Source: Betaproteobacteria bacterium (GTDB lineage: Bacteria; Pseudomonadota; Gammaproteobacteria; Burkholderiales; Ga0077523). Taken from it: a stretch of DNA of 64,000 bases. Below are positions 1 through 9,028 of the stretch, piece after piece. The stretch spans positions 296,192-360,191 of the forward strand of contig JADJPK010000008.1 of assembly GCA_016713305.1 (NCBI GenBank), in the 5' to 3' direction. Below the pieces are notes generated by a model that was not told the DNA's origin, searched no databases, and saw only the letters and a program-made list of their open reading frames with translations. Numbering within the stretch: position 1 is the first letter of the stretch; every line of letters starts with the position of its first letter. Position numbers and translations under genes: made by a program.

Positions 1-116
1 AAGAAGGAGTAGTAGTTGACGTTGTTCACGTGCCCGTACACGTCGTTGTCCAGCCAGCGGGTCGGGATCGCCTGGAAGTGGCGGTAGGCGGAGCGGAGAG
101 AGGGTTCTGGTTTCAT
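1..116 (-). CDS. Acyl-CoA thioesterase (4HBT/YbgC-like hot-dog fold), 5' fragment running off the window edge
   Basis: The reverse strand from ATG (116-114) reads [39 protein letters not shown]. The D-x-D-x-x-GHVNN-x-x-Y motif is the N-terminal signature of 4HBT thioesterases. It is absent from the ORF track because no stop lies inside the window. Confidence 0.5.
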   Translation of the reverse strand, partial: MKPEPSLRSAYRHFQAIPTRWLDNDVYGHVNNVNYYSF

Positions 117-132
117 GGTTCGGGGAAGCACG

Positions 133-470
133 GACGATGGGCGATAGGGTGGTTCCTGGCCCCGACTTGCTGGACTGGATGCGGCAACCCACCCCCATCC
201 TGTCCTTCCCCCTGAAGGGGAAGGGACCTTCTGCAGCCGGACGGGAGCGCGACAGGTACCGGATCCGAGAGGCGCGCAGCGCAGGAAACTCCCCTCTCCT
301 TCAAGCCGGGGCCCCCGGAAAGTCGCAGACTTTTTGGGGTGGGACAGAGGGGCTGGGGTGAGGATGGGCAGTCCGAGAGGCGCGAAGCGCAGGTAACTCC
401 CCTCGCCCTCAGGGAGAGGGGCGGGGGTGAGGGTGGGTTCTTCGCGCGATGTGTCGCACAGATGGCTTCT
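133..470. repeat. REP-like intergenic repeat/hairpin cluster
   Basis: 187-229 (acccacccccatcctgtccttccccctgaaggggaagggacct) is identical over 43 nt to 63667-63709. gacgatgggcgat at 133 recurs at 63481. Two copies of tccgagaggcgcg[c/a]agcgcagg[a/t]aactcccctc lie at 264-300 and 372-410. 313-340 resembles the 42-bp unit tandemly repeated at 63797-64000. Several segments are GC-rich imperfect palindromes. Confidence 0.6.
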
Positions 471-477
471 CTCGCCC

Positions 478-1380
478 TCACCCCTGCCTCCGACCGGCAG
501 CATCGCTTGCGCGTCGCATCTGTTTCCAGTTCACCGCCAGCATGCCGGCCAGCACGATCACAGCCATTCCCATCAGCGTGCCCCCGTCGGGAAAATCGCC
601 GAAGGCGATCCAGGCGAGCCCGGTGGACCAGACGAGCTGCACGTAGACGAAAGGCGCCAGCATCATGGGCGAGGCATGCTCCACCGCTCGGATCAGCAGG
701 AAATGGCCGAAGCCCCCGAGCAAGCCGATGGCAACGATGAATGCCGCCTGGACCGGTGTGGGGGACTGCCAGGTGAAAGGCAGCGGAATCGTGGTCGCGA
801 TGGCGCCCACCAGCGCGCTGAAGAAGAGCGTGGTCATGGGGTCTTCCCGCCCTGCCACCTTGCGCGTGAGGATCTGATACAGGCTGAAGAAGACGGCCGA
901 GATCAGCGGGAACACCACCGTCGCGCTGAACACCGCGCCGCCGGGGCGGATGATGATGAGCACGCCCGCGAAGCCCATGCCCACGGCGATCCACTGCCGC
1001 GGCCTCACCTTCTCGCGCAGCAGCGGACCCGACAGTGCGGTGACGAGGACCGGTCCCACGAAGGTGATCGCAGCGGCTTCGGCGAGCGGCAGATAGCGCA
1101 GCGACAGATAGAAGAACACCGACGAACATACCAGCAGCAGCCCGCGCGCCGTCTGGATGAAGGGATGCTTCGTCCGCACGAGTCCCAGACCCATACGCGG
1201 TCCGAAGATCGCGATCATGAACGCGAACTGCACGAAGTAGCGTGCCCAGAGCAGCGGCGGAATCGGGTAGCTGCGCAGCATGTGCTTGGCGAGCGTGTCC
1301 ATGGACGAGAACATGAACACGGCGACCATGATGAGGCCGACACCTCGCATGAAGTGCCGGTGGGAATGACGCGGCGACAT
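478..1380 (-). CDS. DMT-superfamily (EamA-type) membrane transporter
   Basis: This is the 300-codon 3' part of tracked ORF 478..1854, starting at ATG 1380-1378 ([33 protein letters not shown]...). It is hydrophobic throughout with two EamA-like halves. The upstream part of the tracked ORF is Arg/Gly-rich noise that overlaps the enolase gene. Its start shares one base with the enolase stop (TGATG). Confidence 0.85.
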   Translation of the reverse strand: MSPRHSHRHFMRGVGLIMVAVFMFSSMDTLAKHMLRSYPIPPLLWARYFVQFAFMIAIFGPRMGLGLVRTKHPFIQTARGLLLVCSSVFFYLSLRYLPLAEAAAITFVGPVLVTALSGPLLREKVRPRQWIAVGMGFAGVLIIIRPGGAVFSATVVFPLISAVFFSLYQILTRKVAGREDPMTTLFFSALVGAIATTIPLPFTWQSPTPVQAAFIVAIGLLGGFGHFLLIRAVEHASPMMLAPFVYVQLVWSTGLAWIAFGDFPDGGTLMGMAVIVLAGMLAVNWKQMRRASDAAGRRQG

Positions 1381-2681
1381 CAGGCGAGCGGCTTGCCCGC
1401 ATCGGGTGGCAGCACCTCGCGGCCGGCGAACCTTGCACGATCGCCCAGGGCTTCCTCCAGCCGCAGTGCCTCGTTCCATTTGCACATGCGCTCGGACCGC
1501 GTGAACGAACCGACCTTCAACTGGCCGGCGTTCCAGCCGGTCGACAGATGCACGATCGTCACGTCTTCCGTTTCGCCGGAGCGGGCCGACACGATCGTGC
1601 CAAAACCCGCGGCCATGCCGGCGTCGAAGGCCGCGTGAGTCTCGGTGACCGTGCCGGCCTGATTGGGCTTGATGAGAACCGCATTGCAGGAACGGTGGGA
1701 CGCGGCGGCGCGAACGCGGTCCGCGTGCGTGACGAGGAAGTCGTCTCCGATCACCTGGATACGATGGCCCACCACGGCGGTGAAGGCCTTCATTCCCTCC
1801 GGATCGTCCTCCGCCAGCGGATCCTCGACCGAGGCGATGGGATAGCGACGGCACCAGTCCAGCAGCATCGCGATCATCGAATCGCGGTCCAGTTCGCGGC
1901 GCTCCAGGCCCAGGGTGTAGCGGCCGTTCCTGCCGAACTCCGATGCGGCGATGTCCAGCGAGATGGCAACGTCTTCACCGGGAACGTAGCCGGCGCGCTC
2001 GATCGCGCGCACGAGCATGCCCAGCGCCTCTTCGTTGGAATCGAACGCGGGCCAGAAACCTCCTTCGTCGGCCACGCCCTGCAGCTTGCCGGCCTCCTGC
2101 ATCAACAGACCCGCGGCCCGATAGACCTCCGCGGTCATGTCCAGTGCCTGGGCGAAGGTCCGGGCCCCGAGCGGCATCACCATGAAGTCCTGGATATCGA
2201 CACGCCTGCCGGCATGCGCTCCCCCGCCGAAGATCTGGATTTCCGGCAAGGGCAGGCGCACCGGACGGCCCTGGGCAAGGTGGGCATACAGCGGCTGGCC
2301 CGCCGCGGCCGCGGCGGCGTGGAGCACCGCCATGGACACGGCGATCGTCGCGTTGCCCCCCAGACGAGCCTTGTTCGGCGTGCCGTCCAGGGCGATGAGC
2401 GCCGCATCCACTGCCGCCTGATCGGCGGCGTCCATTCCGCACACCCTCTGCGCGATCTCGCCGTTGACGTGGGAAACCGCCCGGACGACATCCATGCCGC
2501 CGAGGCCGGTGCCGCCGTCACGCAGATCGATGGCTTCGTTCTCTCCCCGGGAGGCACCAGCCGGGGCGATGGCACGTCCGAAGGCGCCGCCATGCAACTG
2601 CACATCCGCTTCGACCGTGGGACGGCCGCGGGAGTCCCACACGCGGCGGGCAAGGATCTTCGAGATGACCGTGTTTTTCAT
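1380..2681 (-). CDS. Enolase-family protein (phosphopyruvate hydratase paralogue)
   Basis: 433 aa. WDSRGRPTVEADV, APAGASRGENEAIDLRDG, VLIKPNQAGTVTET and SARSGETEDVTIVHLS match the canonical enolase motifs (DSRGNPTVEV, PSGASTG-EA-ELRD, KVNQIGT-TE, SHRSGETED). It appears divergent from housekeeping Eno. Confidence 0.85.
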   Translation of the reverse strand: MKNTVISKILARRVWDSRGRPTVEADVQLHGGAFGRAIAPAGASRGENEAIDLRDGGTGLGGMDVVRAVSHVNGEIAQRVCGMDAADQAAVDAALIALDGTPNKARLGGNATIAVSMAVLHAAAAAAGQPLYAHLAQGRPVRLPLPEIQIFGGGAHAGRRVDIQDFMVMPLGARTFAQALDMTAEVYRAAGLLMQEAGKLQGVADEGGFWPAFDSNEEALGMLVRAIERAGYVPGEDVAISLDIAASEFGRNGRYTLGLERRELDRDSMIAMLLDWCRRYPIASVEDPLAEDDPEGMKAFTAVVGHRIQVIGDDFLVTHADRVRAAASHRSCNAVLIKPNQAGTVTETHAAFDAGMAAGFGTIVSARSGETEDVTIVHLSTGWNAGQLKVGSFTRSERMCKWNEALRLEEALGDRARFAGREVLPPDAGKPLA

Positions 2682-2748
2682 GAATGGGATCGAGGGTTCG
2701 GGGAAGGGGCACGCGCCGCGTGCCGGAAAGGATGAGGGGGAGGGTGTC

Positions 2749-3774
2749 CTAATGCAGCGACCGCGGGTCCAGTCCGACCTCGGTCCGCCAGGCCTCGCTC
2801 ACGTGAGACAGGCGGTCCACCGGGCGCAGCAGGAGCTGGCAGGCCACCCGGCGCACGCGATCGCGGTCCGCTTCTTCGGTGATGTATTCCGCCGGCGACT
2901 TGCCGTCGACCCGCGCGAGAAACAAACCCGGCAGAAGCCTGGCGATGCGGGCTTCCAGTCCGTCGCGCGATTCCCACGTGACGCGGCCCAGATAGGTGCC
3001 GTAAAGGGCAGAGAAGCAGTCCAGATACCGGGCCCACCATTGCGGCCGCCACAGGCACTTCAGCAGCAGGTGATTCAGGCAGAACGCCACATCGAAGGCC
3101 GGGTCGCCGAACCACGCGCACTCGGCATCGAGAAACACGGGGCCGTCCGGGCCCACCAGGATGTTCTTGGGGCTCACGTCGCCATGGACGAGCGCCCGCT
3201 TCGTGCTCGCGGTGACTTCCACGAGTTGCAGGAGTTGCGGCGAGACCTCGGGATGCTCGTGCGCCGTCGCCACGAGATAGGGTTCCAGTCGGATGGGATG
3301 GAAGATGTGGTCGGTGGCGAAACGCTCGGGAATGGAGGGGTCCGCGGCCGTCGCCGCATGAATGTGCGCGAGCCGCCGTCCCACGGCGCGCGCCACCCGC
3401 GGATCGACGATGCCGTCGCGCAGCTGCAGCTTCCACACGGGGTGCAGATCGGGGTCCAGATAGGCCATGGCAAACATGCCGGCCTCGGAGTCCTCGCCCA
3501 GGATCGCGGGCACTGCGGAGGGTTCGACGGCTCCCGCAACGCGCATCCACTCGACTTCCCATCGGTTGCGCTCGACCGGCGCCTGCCAGTCGGCCTTGAC
3601 CTTGAGCTTGGGAAGCGCGCGCTTGACGCACGCGGACCCCTGCGGCCACACGGCACGGAAGATGTCGGAGGACACGCCGCCCGCGAGCGATTCGAGGGTG
3701 AGCGATTCACCGGGCCGCACGAGACCCATGCGTTCGAGGGCCAGCCTGAACAGGCGTTGCTGATCGTCCACCAT
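2749..3774 (-). CDS. Phosphotransferase-family kinase (APH / methylthioribose-kinase-like fold)
   Basis: HGDVSPKNILVGPDGPVFLDAECAWFGDPAFDVAF is the APH-type catalytic loop plus DxE/D metal motif. ATG 3774 is preferred over the tracked GTG 3819 because the codons between them have clearly lower GC3. It lies 67 nt upstream of the enolase gene on the same strand. Confidence 0.75.
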   Translation of the reverse strand: MVDDQQRLFRLALERMGLVRPGESLTLESLAGGVSSDIFRAVWPQGSACVKRALPKLKVKADWQAPVERNRWEVEWMRVAGAVEPSAVPAILGEDSEAGMFAMAYLDPDLHPVWKLQLRDGIVDPRVARAVGRRLAHIHAATAADPSIPERFATDHIFHPIRLEPYLVATAHEHPEVSPQLLQLVEVTASTKRALVHGDVSPKNILVGPDGPVFLDAECAWFGDPAFDVAFCLNHLLLKCLWRPQWWARYLDCFSALYGTYLGRVTWESRDGLEARIARLLPGLFLARVDGKSPAEYITEEADRDRVRRVACQLLLRPVDRLSHVSEAWRTEVGLDPRSLH

Positions 3775-3844
3775 GATTGCGGAATAGAATCCGGAAAGCG
3801 CCCTTTCACCCCGCGTCACTCCGGATTGCCGACTCTAACACACC

Positions 3845-5323
3845 ATGTCGATCATTCTCGCCCTGGATCAGGGAACCACCAGCTCCCGCGCGCTCGCCTT
3901 CGATGCGGAGGGACGCGTGCGCGGCATGGCGCAACGCGAACTGCCGCAGATCTATCCTCAGCCCGACTGGGAGGAGCATGACCCCGAGGTGATCTGGGCC
4001 ACCCAGCTCGCCACGGCACGCGAAGCGCTCGCGAAGGCAGATGCGGTGCCCGGCGACGTGGCGGCGATCGGCATCACCAATCAGCGCGAAACGACGGTCG
4101 TGTGGGACCGCAGCACCGGACGACCCGTGGCGAACGCCATCGTCTGGCAGGACCGCCGGACCGCGGAAGTCTGCGAGGCGCTCAAGCAGGCAGGACACGA
4201 ACCGCTCTTCCGTGCACGCACGGGACTGATGCTGGACCCCTACTTCTCCGGCACCAAGGTGAGCTGGATCCTCGATCACGTCCCGGGCGCACGGGCGCGC
4301 GCGGAAGCGGGCGAACTGCTCTTCGGCACCGTCGATTCCTGGCTTGTGTGGAAACTGACAGGGGGGCGCATCCACATTACCGACGCCAGCAATGCTTCGC
4401 GCACGCTCTTGTTCGACATCGCCAGCGGCGACTGGAACGATGCACTGCTGGACGTGCTGCGGGTGCCGCGTGCCATGCTGCCGCGGGTCGTCGCTTCGGG
4501 CGATCGGGTTGCGATGACGGACGTGGACGTGATGGGTGCCGCGATTCCCGTGGCCGGCATCGCAGGAGATCAGCAGGCCGCCTTGTTCGGCCAGCGATGC
4601 ACGGCGCCCGGGCGCGTCAAGAACACCTACGGCACCGGGTGCTTCATGCTCATGCACACGGGCACGCGCATACCGGAATCGAAGCATTCGTTGCTGTCCA
4701 CGGTGGCGTGGCAGCGGGAGGGCCGGACGGAGTACGCGCTGGAGGGCAGCGTCTTCGTCGCCGGCGCGGCGGTGCAGTGGCTGCGCGATGGTCTGGGCAT
4801 CATCTCCACCGCCGCCGAAGTGGAGGGCCTGGCCAGAACAGTGCCCGACAATGGCGGGGTGAGTTTCGTGCCGGCGTTCACGGGCCTGGGTGCCCCGCAC
4901 TGGGATCCCTTCGCACGGGGCACGCTTTGCGGTCTCACGCGGGGCACCACGCGCGGCCACATCGCGAGAGCGGCCCTGGAAGGCATTGCGCTCCAGACGG
5001 CCGACATCCTCGATTGCATGCAGGCGGACGCCGGCGTGCCGCTGCGCGAGTTGCGCGTGGACGGTGGAGCCACCCGGAACGACCTGCTGATGCAGTTCCA
5101 GGCCGACGTGCTGGGCGTGCCGGTCGTGCGCTCCACCGGCACGGAGTCCACGGCACTGGGTGCCGCGTTCCTTGCGGGCCGCGCCGTGGGATTCTGGCCG
5201 GACGACGCATCGCTCGACGCGCTGTGGCAGGTCGAACGCGTATTCGAGCCTTCCATGAGCGCCGACCGCGTGCAGTCGCTCAAGGCGCAGTGGCGCAAGG
5301 CGATCGGACAGGCGCGGGCCTGA
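3845..5323 (+). CDS. glpK: Glycerol kinase
   Basis: 492 aa. [53 protein letters not shown] and [15 protein letters not shown] are textbook GlpK/FGGY motifs. Confidence 0.95.
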   Translation: MSIILALDQGTTSSRALAFDAEGRVRGMAQRELPQIYPQPDWEEHDPEVIWATQLATAREALAKADAVPGDVAAIGITNQRETTVVWDRSTGRPVANAIVWQDRRTAEVCEALKQAGHEPLFRARTGLMLDPYFSGTKVSWILDHVPGARARAEAGELLFGTVDSWLVWKLTGGRIHITDASNASRTLLFDIASGDWNDALLDVLRVPRAMLPRVVASGDRVAMTDVDVMGAAIPVAGIAGDQQAALFGQRCTAPGRVKNTYGTGCFMLMHTGTRIPESKHSLLSTVAWQREGRTEYALEGSVFVAGAAVQWLRDGLGIISTAAEVEGLARTVPDNGGVSFVPAFTGLGAPHWDPFARGTLCGLTRGTTRGHIARAALEGIALQTADILDCMQADAGVPLRELRVDGGATRNDLLMQFQADVLGVPVVRSTGTESTALGAAFLAGRAVGFWPDDASLDALWQVERVFEPSMSADRVQSLKAQWRKAIGQARA

Positions 5324-5330
5324 CGCGTCG

Positions 5331-5473
5331 TTCAACGTCCTCGGTGTACGCGATGCTTCGGCAATCGTCCTCGGTGTACGCGATGCTCCGCATCGCACGT
5401 GCACCTCGGCCGGGGAGTGCTTCAACGTCCTCGGTGTACGCGATGCTCCGCATCGCACGTGCACCTCGGCCGG
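5331..5473. repeat. Intergenic direct repeats with internal hairpin (REP-like)
   Basis: cgtcctcggtgtacgcgatgct occurs three times. The longer unit ttcaacgtcctcggtgtacgcgatgctccgcatcgcacgtgcacctcggccgg lies at 5421-5473, with a near-complete copy at 5366-5413 (60-bp register) and a partial copy at 5331-5358. Each contains gcgatgc-tcc-gcatcgc stems. Confidence 0.65.
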
Positions 5474-5476
5474 ACA

Positions 5477-5502
5477 TTGATTCGCGCGTTCGCGCGAATC
5501 AA
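5477..5502. terminator. Perfect 26-nt palindrome between convergent genes (possible bidirectional terminator or binding site)
   Basis: ttgattcgcgcg/cgcgcgaatcaa are perfectly complementary arms. The palindrome sits between the glpK stop (5323) and the stop of the minus-strand gene at 5653. There is no T-tract. Confidence 0.35.
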
Positions 5503-5652
5503 CTTCAACCCCTGATGACCCCGCCAACCTCGCAGTCAGAGAAAAAGCTTGGGACGGCCCGGCGCTTGTTCTTTCGGCGTTCGTGTGCGACCCGGTCGGT
5601 CCGCCGGGACGCGCCGGGTCGGCCCGTCCGTCTGTCCGGGTACTCCGGTGCC

Positions 5653-6117
5653 CTAGTCGCTTGTGGCTTCGTACGTCCGGGCGAAGATCTCCGCGTCGAC
5701 GACGCCGTGCTCCCCCGGCGAATACTGAACGAGCCAGTCGCCGGCCTTTCCCGAGAGCGGATCGGACGCGCCAGGGGTTCGTATCCGGAACGGTCCTGAC
5801 ATTCGTAGAGCGAGAACCTTCCGGGGGTGCTTCACGAAGCGCTGGGCAGCGTTGGCCTGGAAGACCTCCGCCGGCCGGTATGTTCGCGCGAATCTTCCTG
5901 CCTGGATCGGCCAGCGTTCGCCGGAGGGGCCGGTGACGAGTGCGTCTCCTGCCTTGTAGCGGACGAACCCTTCCAGCGTCTGGAGGACGCCATCCCGAGG
6001 CGCGAACTCGACTTCGATTGGCTCCGGGTGCTTGATCACGCGGATGGCCTCCGGATGACGTTCCAGGTCGATTCCCGTGACGTCGGTCACGGCGACCACG
6101 GCCCGCAGGTCATTCAT
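5653..6117 (-). CDS. Hypothetical protein (possibly PGDYG-domain family)
   Basis: 154 aa with normal amino-acid composition and high GC3. AGGAG lies 8 nt upstream of ATG 6117. The C-terminal ...GDWLVQYSPGEHGVV... resembles the PGDYG motif. No functional call. Confidence 0.6.
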   Translation of the reverse strand: MNDLRAVVAVTDVTGIDLERHPEAIRVIKHPEPIEVEFAPRDGVLQTLEGFVRYKAGDALVTGPSGERWPIQAGRFARTYRPAEVFQANAAQRFVKHPRKVLALRMSGPFRIRTPGASDPLSGKAGDWLVQYSPGEHGVVDAEIFARTYEATSD

Positions 6118-6357
6118 GCCTGTGTGCTCCTGTCGTGATCGGCGTTCTCCGTTGCACGCTCATTCGGGCGGTGATCGCAGATTCTGCCAGTTCGATTCTC
6201 CTCCCGGTGCGGGAGTACACTGGCCCGGACAGCCGGCTCCGGCGCCGCTTCCGGTGACATGCGTTGTCCGGCATGCTCGTGTCTTGTCGAAGGTCAATGC
6301 GAGCCCGCCGGAATCGCGCTCAACTGGTCCTGAAATCCACATCGGGAAGGGAAGACC

Positions 6358-6642
6358 ATGCTGACCATCGAAGACTGCATCGCCTTGTCCGAACTTACCG
6401 AGGAAGAGATCCTCGCCATTGCGGAACACGAGCACATTCCCGAAATCGCAGCCGCGGAGCTGGGCAGCTATCTGGTGCTTTCGCCAGGGGGTGAAAACCG
6501 CATCGCCGCCATGATCCGGGACGACATCGAAGATGCGCGGCGCTGCGGCGACCACCAGCGCTCGGCCGTGCTGCGGCATTGCCTGCTTCACTACTTGCGG
6601 ATGCACCCGGCCGGCGATCTGCGCCGTCCTGCGGACGATTGA
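6358..6642 (+). CDS. Small conserved-looking hypothetical protein
   Basis: 94 aa, acidic (MLTIEDCIALSELTEEEILAIAEHEHIPEIAAAELG...). GAAGGGA lies upstream of the ATG and composition is protein-like. No family recognised. Confidence 0.5.
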   Translation: MLTIEDCIALSELTEEEILAIAEHEHIPEIAAAELGSYLVLSPGGENRIAAMIRDDIEDARRCGDHQRSAVLRHCLLHYLRMHPAGDLRRPADD

Positions 6643-6795
6643 TGTGGGTTGAAGCCGGTCGCTGACACGCGATGGCGGGCGAACGCCGGCTGGTGGCCGA
6701 TGGGAAGTCCGGGCCGCCGCGTGCCGGATCACGAGACGGTTGGCTTCGAACCCGGTTGCCCGCCGTTCTGCGGCCGCCCGGCACGGGAACTCCGG

Positions 6796-7257
6796 TCACT
6801 TGCAGTTTCCCTCACAGCGGACGATGCGTTCGGCACAGGTGACCTGGTCGAAGAAATCCACCATGTGCTCGTCCGTGTCGACAGCCGCGTGCTGCATGAG
6901 CGCGTTGTTGCACTGGTTGATGCTGGTCAGCCAGTGCACGGGAGCGAGCCACCGGACATTCGTGCAACCGTGGTCGCCCTCGCCGAACCGGATACCCACT
7001 TCGTAGCGGGCGCAGCGCAGGCCGCGGTGCTGAACCCACGTGTCGATCTTCACCTCGCCCTTCGAGGCCAGCCACGCCTTGCCGACATTGCGGCCGAAGT
7101 CGAAGTCCTTGCGATCCGGCTTCCCATCGGCGCTCAGCGAGAAGGACGCGACGGCGGGTGCGATGAGCCCGCGGAAACGGGGGTCCGGATCCTCCTGGGC
7201 CGCCGCGGACCGGATCAGCAGCATTCCCGTCACGAGCAGCAACGCCATCGTTCGCAT
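6796..7257 (-). CDS. Secreted Cys-containing hypothetical protein
   Basis: Internal ATG 7257 gives MRTMALLLVTGMLLIRSAAAQ-EDPDP..., a classic Sec signal peptide. The mature part has 7 Cys. The upstream part of tracked ORF 6796..7407 looks non-coding. Confidence 0.6.
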   Translation of the reverse strand: MRTMALLLVTGMLLIRSAAAQEDPDPRFRGLIAPAVASFSLSADGKPDRKDFDFGRNVGKAWLASKGEVKIDTWVQHRGLRCARYEVGIRFGEGDHGCTNVRWLAPVHWLTSINQCNNALMQHAAVDTDEHMVDFFDQVTCAERIVRCEGNCK

Positions 7258-7421
7258 GTCTCCCCCCACCTGTTCGAGTCGTCCCACAATGCTACTCGCT
7301 CCGTGGCCCGGGTTCGTGACGCCGGTCAATGCGGCTCGGCGCACTTGGCGCGAGGCACGGGCGTGGCCGGCCACCGCAGCCCTGCCATTACACTGCAGCA
7401 CCTGCACCGGAGCACCACCTC

Positions 7422-8606
7422 ATGACCACTATCCACGATCGCGAGTCCGTTCGCGCGTTCACTCTTCACACTCATGCCGAATGTCCGGCACGGCGTGCCG
7501 GTCCGCTCTCCGGGCTCAAGTGCGGCATCAAGGACATCTACGACATCGAAGGTCATCGGACGGGATTCGGCAACCCCGACTGGCTGGCGAGTCACGGACC
7601 CGCGGAGCGTTCAGCGACGGCGGTCCTGCGATTGCTCGACGCGGGCGCAGAGGTGACGGGAAAGACCCATACGGACGAGATGGCGTGGAGCCTCTTCGGC
7701 GAGAACGCGCACTACGGAACTCCAGTCAACGTCAATGCGCCCGGCCGGATACCCGGCGGGTCCTCCAGCGGCTCTGCCGCAGCGGTTGCGGCGGGACTGG
7801 TGGATTTCGCCCTGGGTTCGGACACCGGCGGCTCCGTGCGCTTTCCCGCGAGCCTGTGCGGAGTCTTCGGCATGCGGCCTTCTCACGGCCGCATCCCTCT
7901 CGATGGCGTTCGTCCGCTCGCGCCGAGCTACGACACGGCGGGCTGGTTCGTGCGCGATGCCGCCGTCCTGGAACGAGTCGGGCGTGTATTACTGGGAGAT
8001 GGGGGTCCCGCGCCCGGTGTCGGAGACGTGCTGATCGCAACGGATGCCTTCGAGTGGGCAGGAGCCGAGATCGCAAACGCGCTGGCGCCGGCGGTGGCTC
8101 GAATCGAGGCGGCACTGGGACCAGCGCGCAGGGTATCACTGGGAGGCGAGGGCTTCGCCGAGTGGAGCGAGGCCTTTCGAAACCTGCAGGCCGCGGAGGC
8201 ATGGGAACAGCACGGCGCGTGGGTGGAGGCCCGGCATCCCGCCTTCGGTCCCGGGGTGCGCGAGCGGTTCGAGTACGCGCGCACCGTGGAGCCGGGCAAG
8301 GTGCTGGCGGCAAGGCAGTTGCGCGAACGGCTATCCGAGCGGATGGCGTCGCTCCTCCAGGGGAATGCGGTGCTGATCATGCCGACGGCGCCCGGCATCG
8401 CTCCGCCGGTGAATTCTCCCGCCGAGCCGATGAACGTGTATCGCGCCAAGTGCATCGGCCTCCTCTCCGTCGCCGGGCATGCGCGCCTGCCGCAAATCAA
8501 TCTCCCGCTCGCGACGATGGAGGGGTGCCCCCTGGGCGTCTCGCTGCTGGGTGCGCGGGGCCACGATCTGTTGCTGCTCGAAGCCGCACGTGCAGTGAGC
8601 GCGTGA
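7422..8606 (+). CDS. Amidase-signature family hydrolase
   Basis: GIKDIYDIEG ... GRIPGGSSSGSAAAVAAGLVDFALGSDTGGSVRFPASLCGVFGMRPSHG is the amidase signature (GGSSGG/S-cisS-K triad region). Start taken at ATG 7422 (MTTIHDRES...). Confidence 0.9.
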   Translation: MTTIHDRESVRAFTLHTHAECPARRAGPLSGLKCGIKDIYDIEGHRTGFGNPDWLASHGPAERSATAVLRLLDAGAEVTGKTHTDEMAWSLFGENAHYGTPVNVNAPGRIPGGSSSGSAAAVAAGLVDFALGSDTGGSVRFPASLCGVFGMRPSHGRIPLDGVRPLAPSYDTAGWFVRDAAVLERVGRVLLGDGGPAPGVGDVLIATDAFEWAGAEIANALAPAVARIEAALGPARRVSLGGEGFAEWSEAFRNLQAAEAWEQHGAWVEARHPAFGPGVRERFEYARTVEPGKVLAARQLRERLSERMASLLQGNAVLIMPTAPGIAPPVNSPAEPMNVYRAKCIGLLSVAGHARLPQINLPLATMEGCPLGVSLLGARGHDLLLLEAARAVSA

Positions 8607-8872
8607 TGCTGTGCCGCGAACGCTGCGGCGCCTGTTGCATCGCTCCGTCCATCGCTTCTCCCATCCCGGGCATGTCCGGCGGCAAGCCGGCCGGCGTTCG
8701 CTGCGTGCAGCTCACGGACGATCTCCGCTGCGCCATCTTCGGCCGTCCGGAAAGGCCCGCATGCTGCTCCGGTCTTCGGCCGCAGATCGAGATGTGCGGG
8801 GATTCGCGCGAGCACGCCCTGAGCTGGCTGGATGCGCTCGAGACTGCGACGCGGCCCACCGCCGAGGAGTGA
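8606..8872 (+). CDS. YkgJ-family Cys-cluster (zinc/iron-chelating) protein
   Basis: 88 aa: MLCRERCGACCIAPSI...CVQLTDDLRCAIFGRPERPACCSGL. The CxxCC ... C ... CC pattern is typical of UPF0153/YkgJ. Its ATG shares one base with the amidase stop (TGATG), which suggests translational coupling. Confidence 0.7.
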   Translation: MLCRERCGACCIAPSIASPIPGMSGGKPAGVRCVQLTDDLRCAIFGRPERPACCSGLRPQIEMCGDSREHALSWLDALETATRPTAEE

Positions 8873-9028
8873 ATCTCGATCGAATTGCCTGATGTCGAGG
8901 TGTTTGACAGTGCACTGCGGGACAGGGCACGGACGCGCCATTTGATACTGCCACCATTGAAGTTGATCCGTGCTGGTCCGGCCCTTGCACAGTCCGCCGG
9001 AGCGTTTGAACCTGCGTGAGATCCCAAG

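Noticed and set aside
113-1638. ORFs 113..1438 (-) and 427..1638 (+) across the REP cluster and DMT gene
   Set aside because: These are off-frame or antisense to the hydrophobic EamA transporter frame, run through repeat DNA, and have Arg/His-rich composition.
5280-5799. Short ORFs translating the 5331-5473 repeats (for example SSVYAMLRIARAPRPG repeated)
   Set aside because: The periodic peptide is a by-product of intergenic DNA repeats. There is no start context, and they lie in a convergent spacer.
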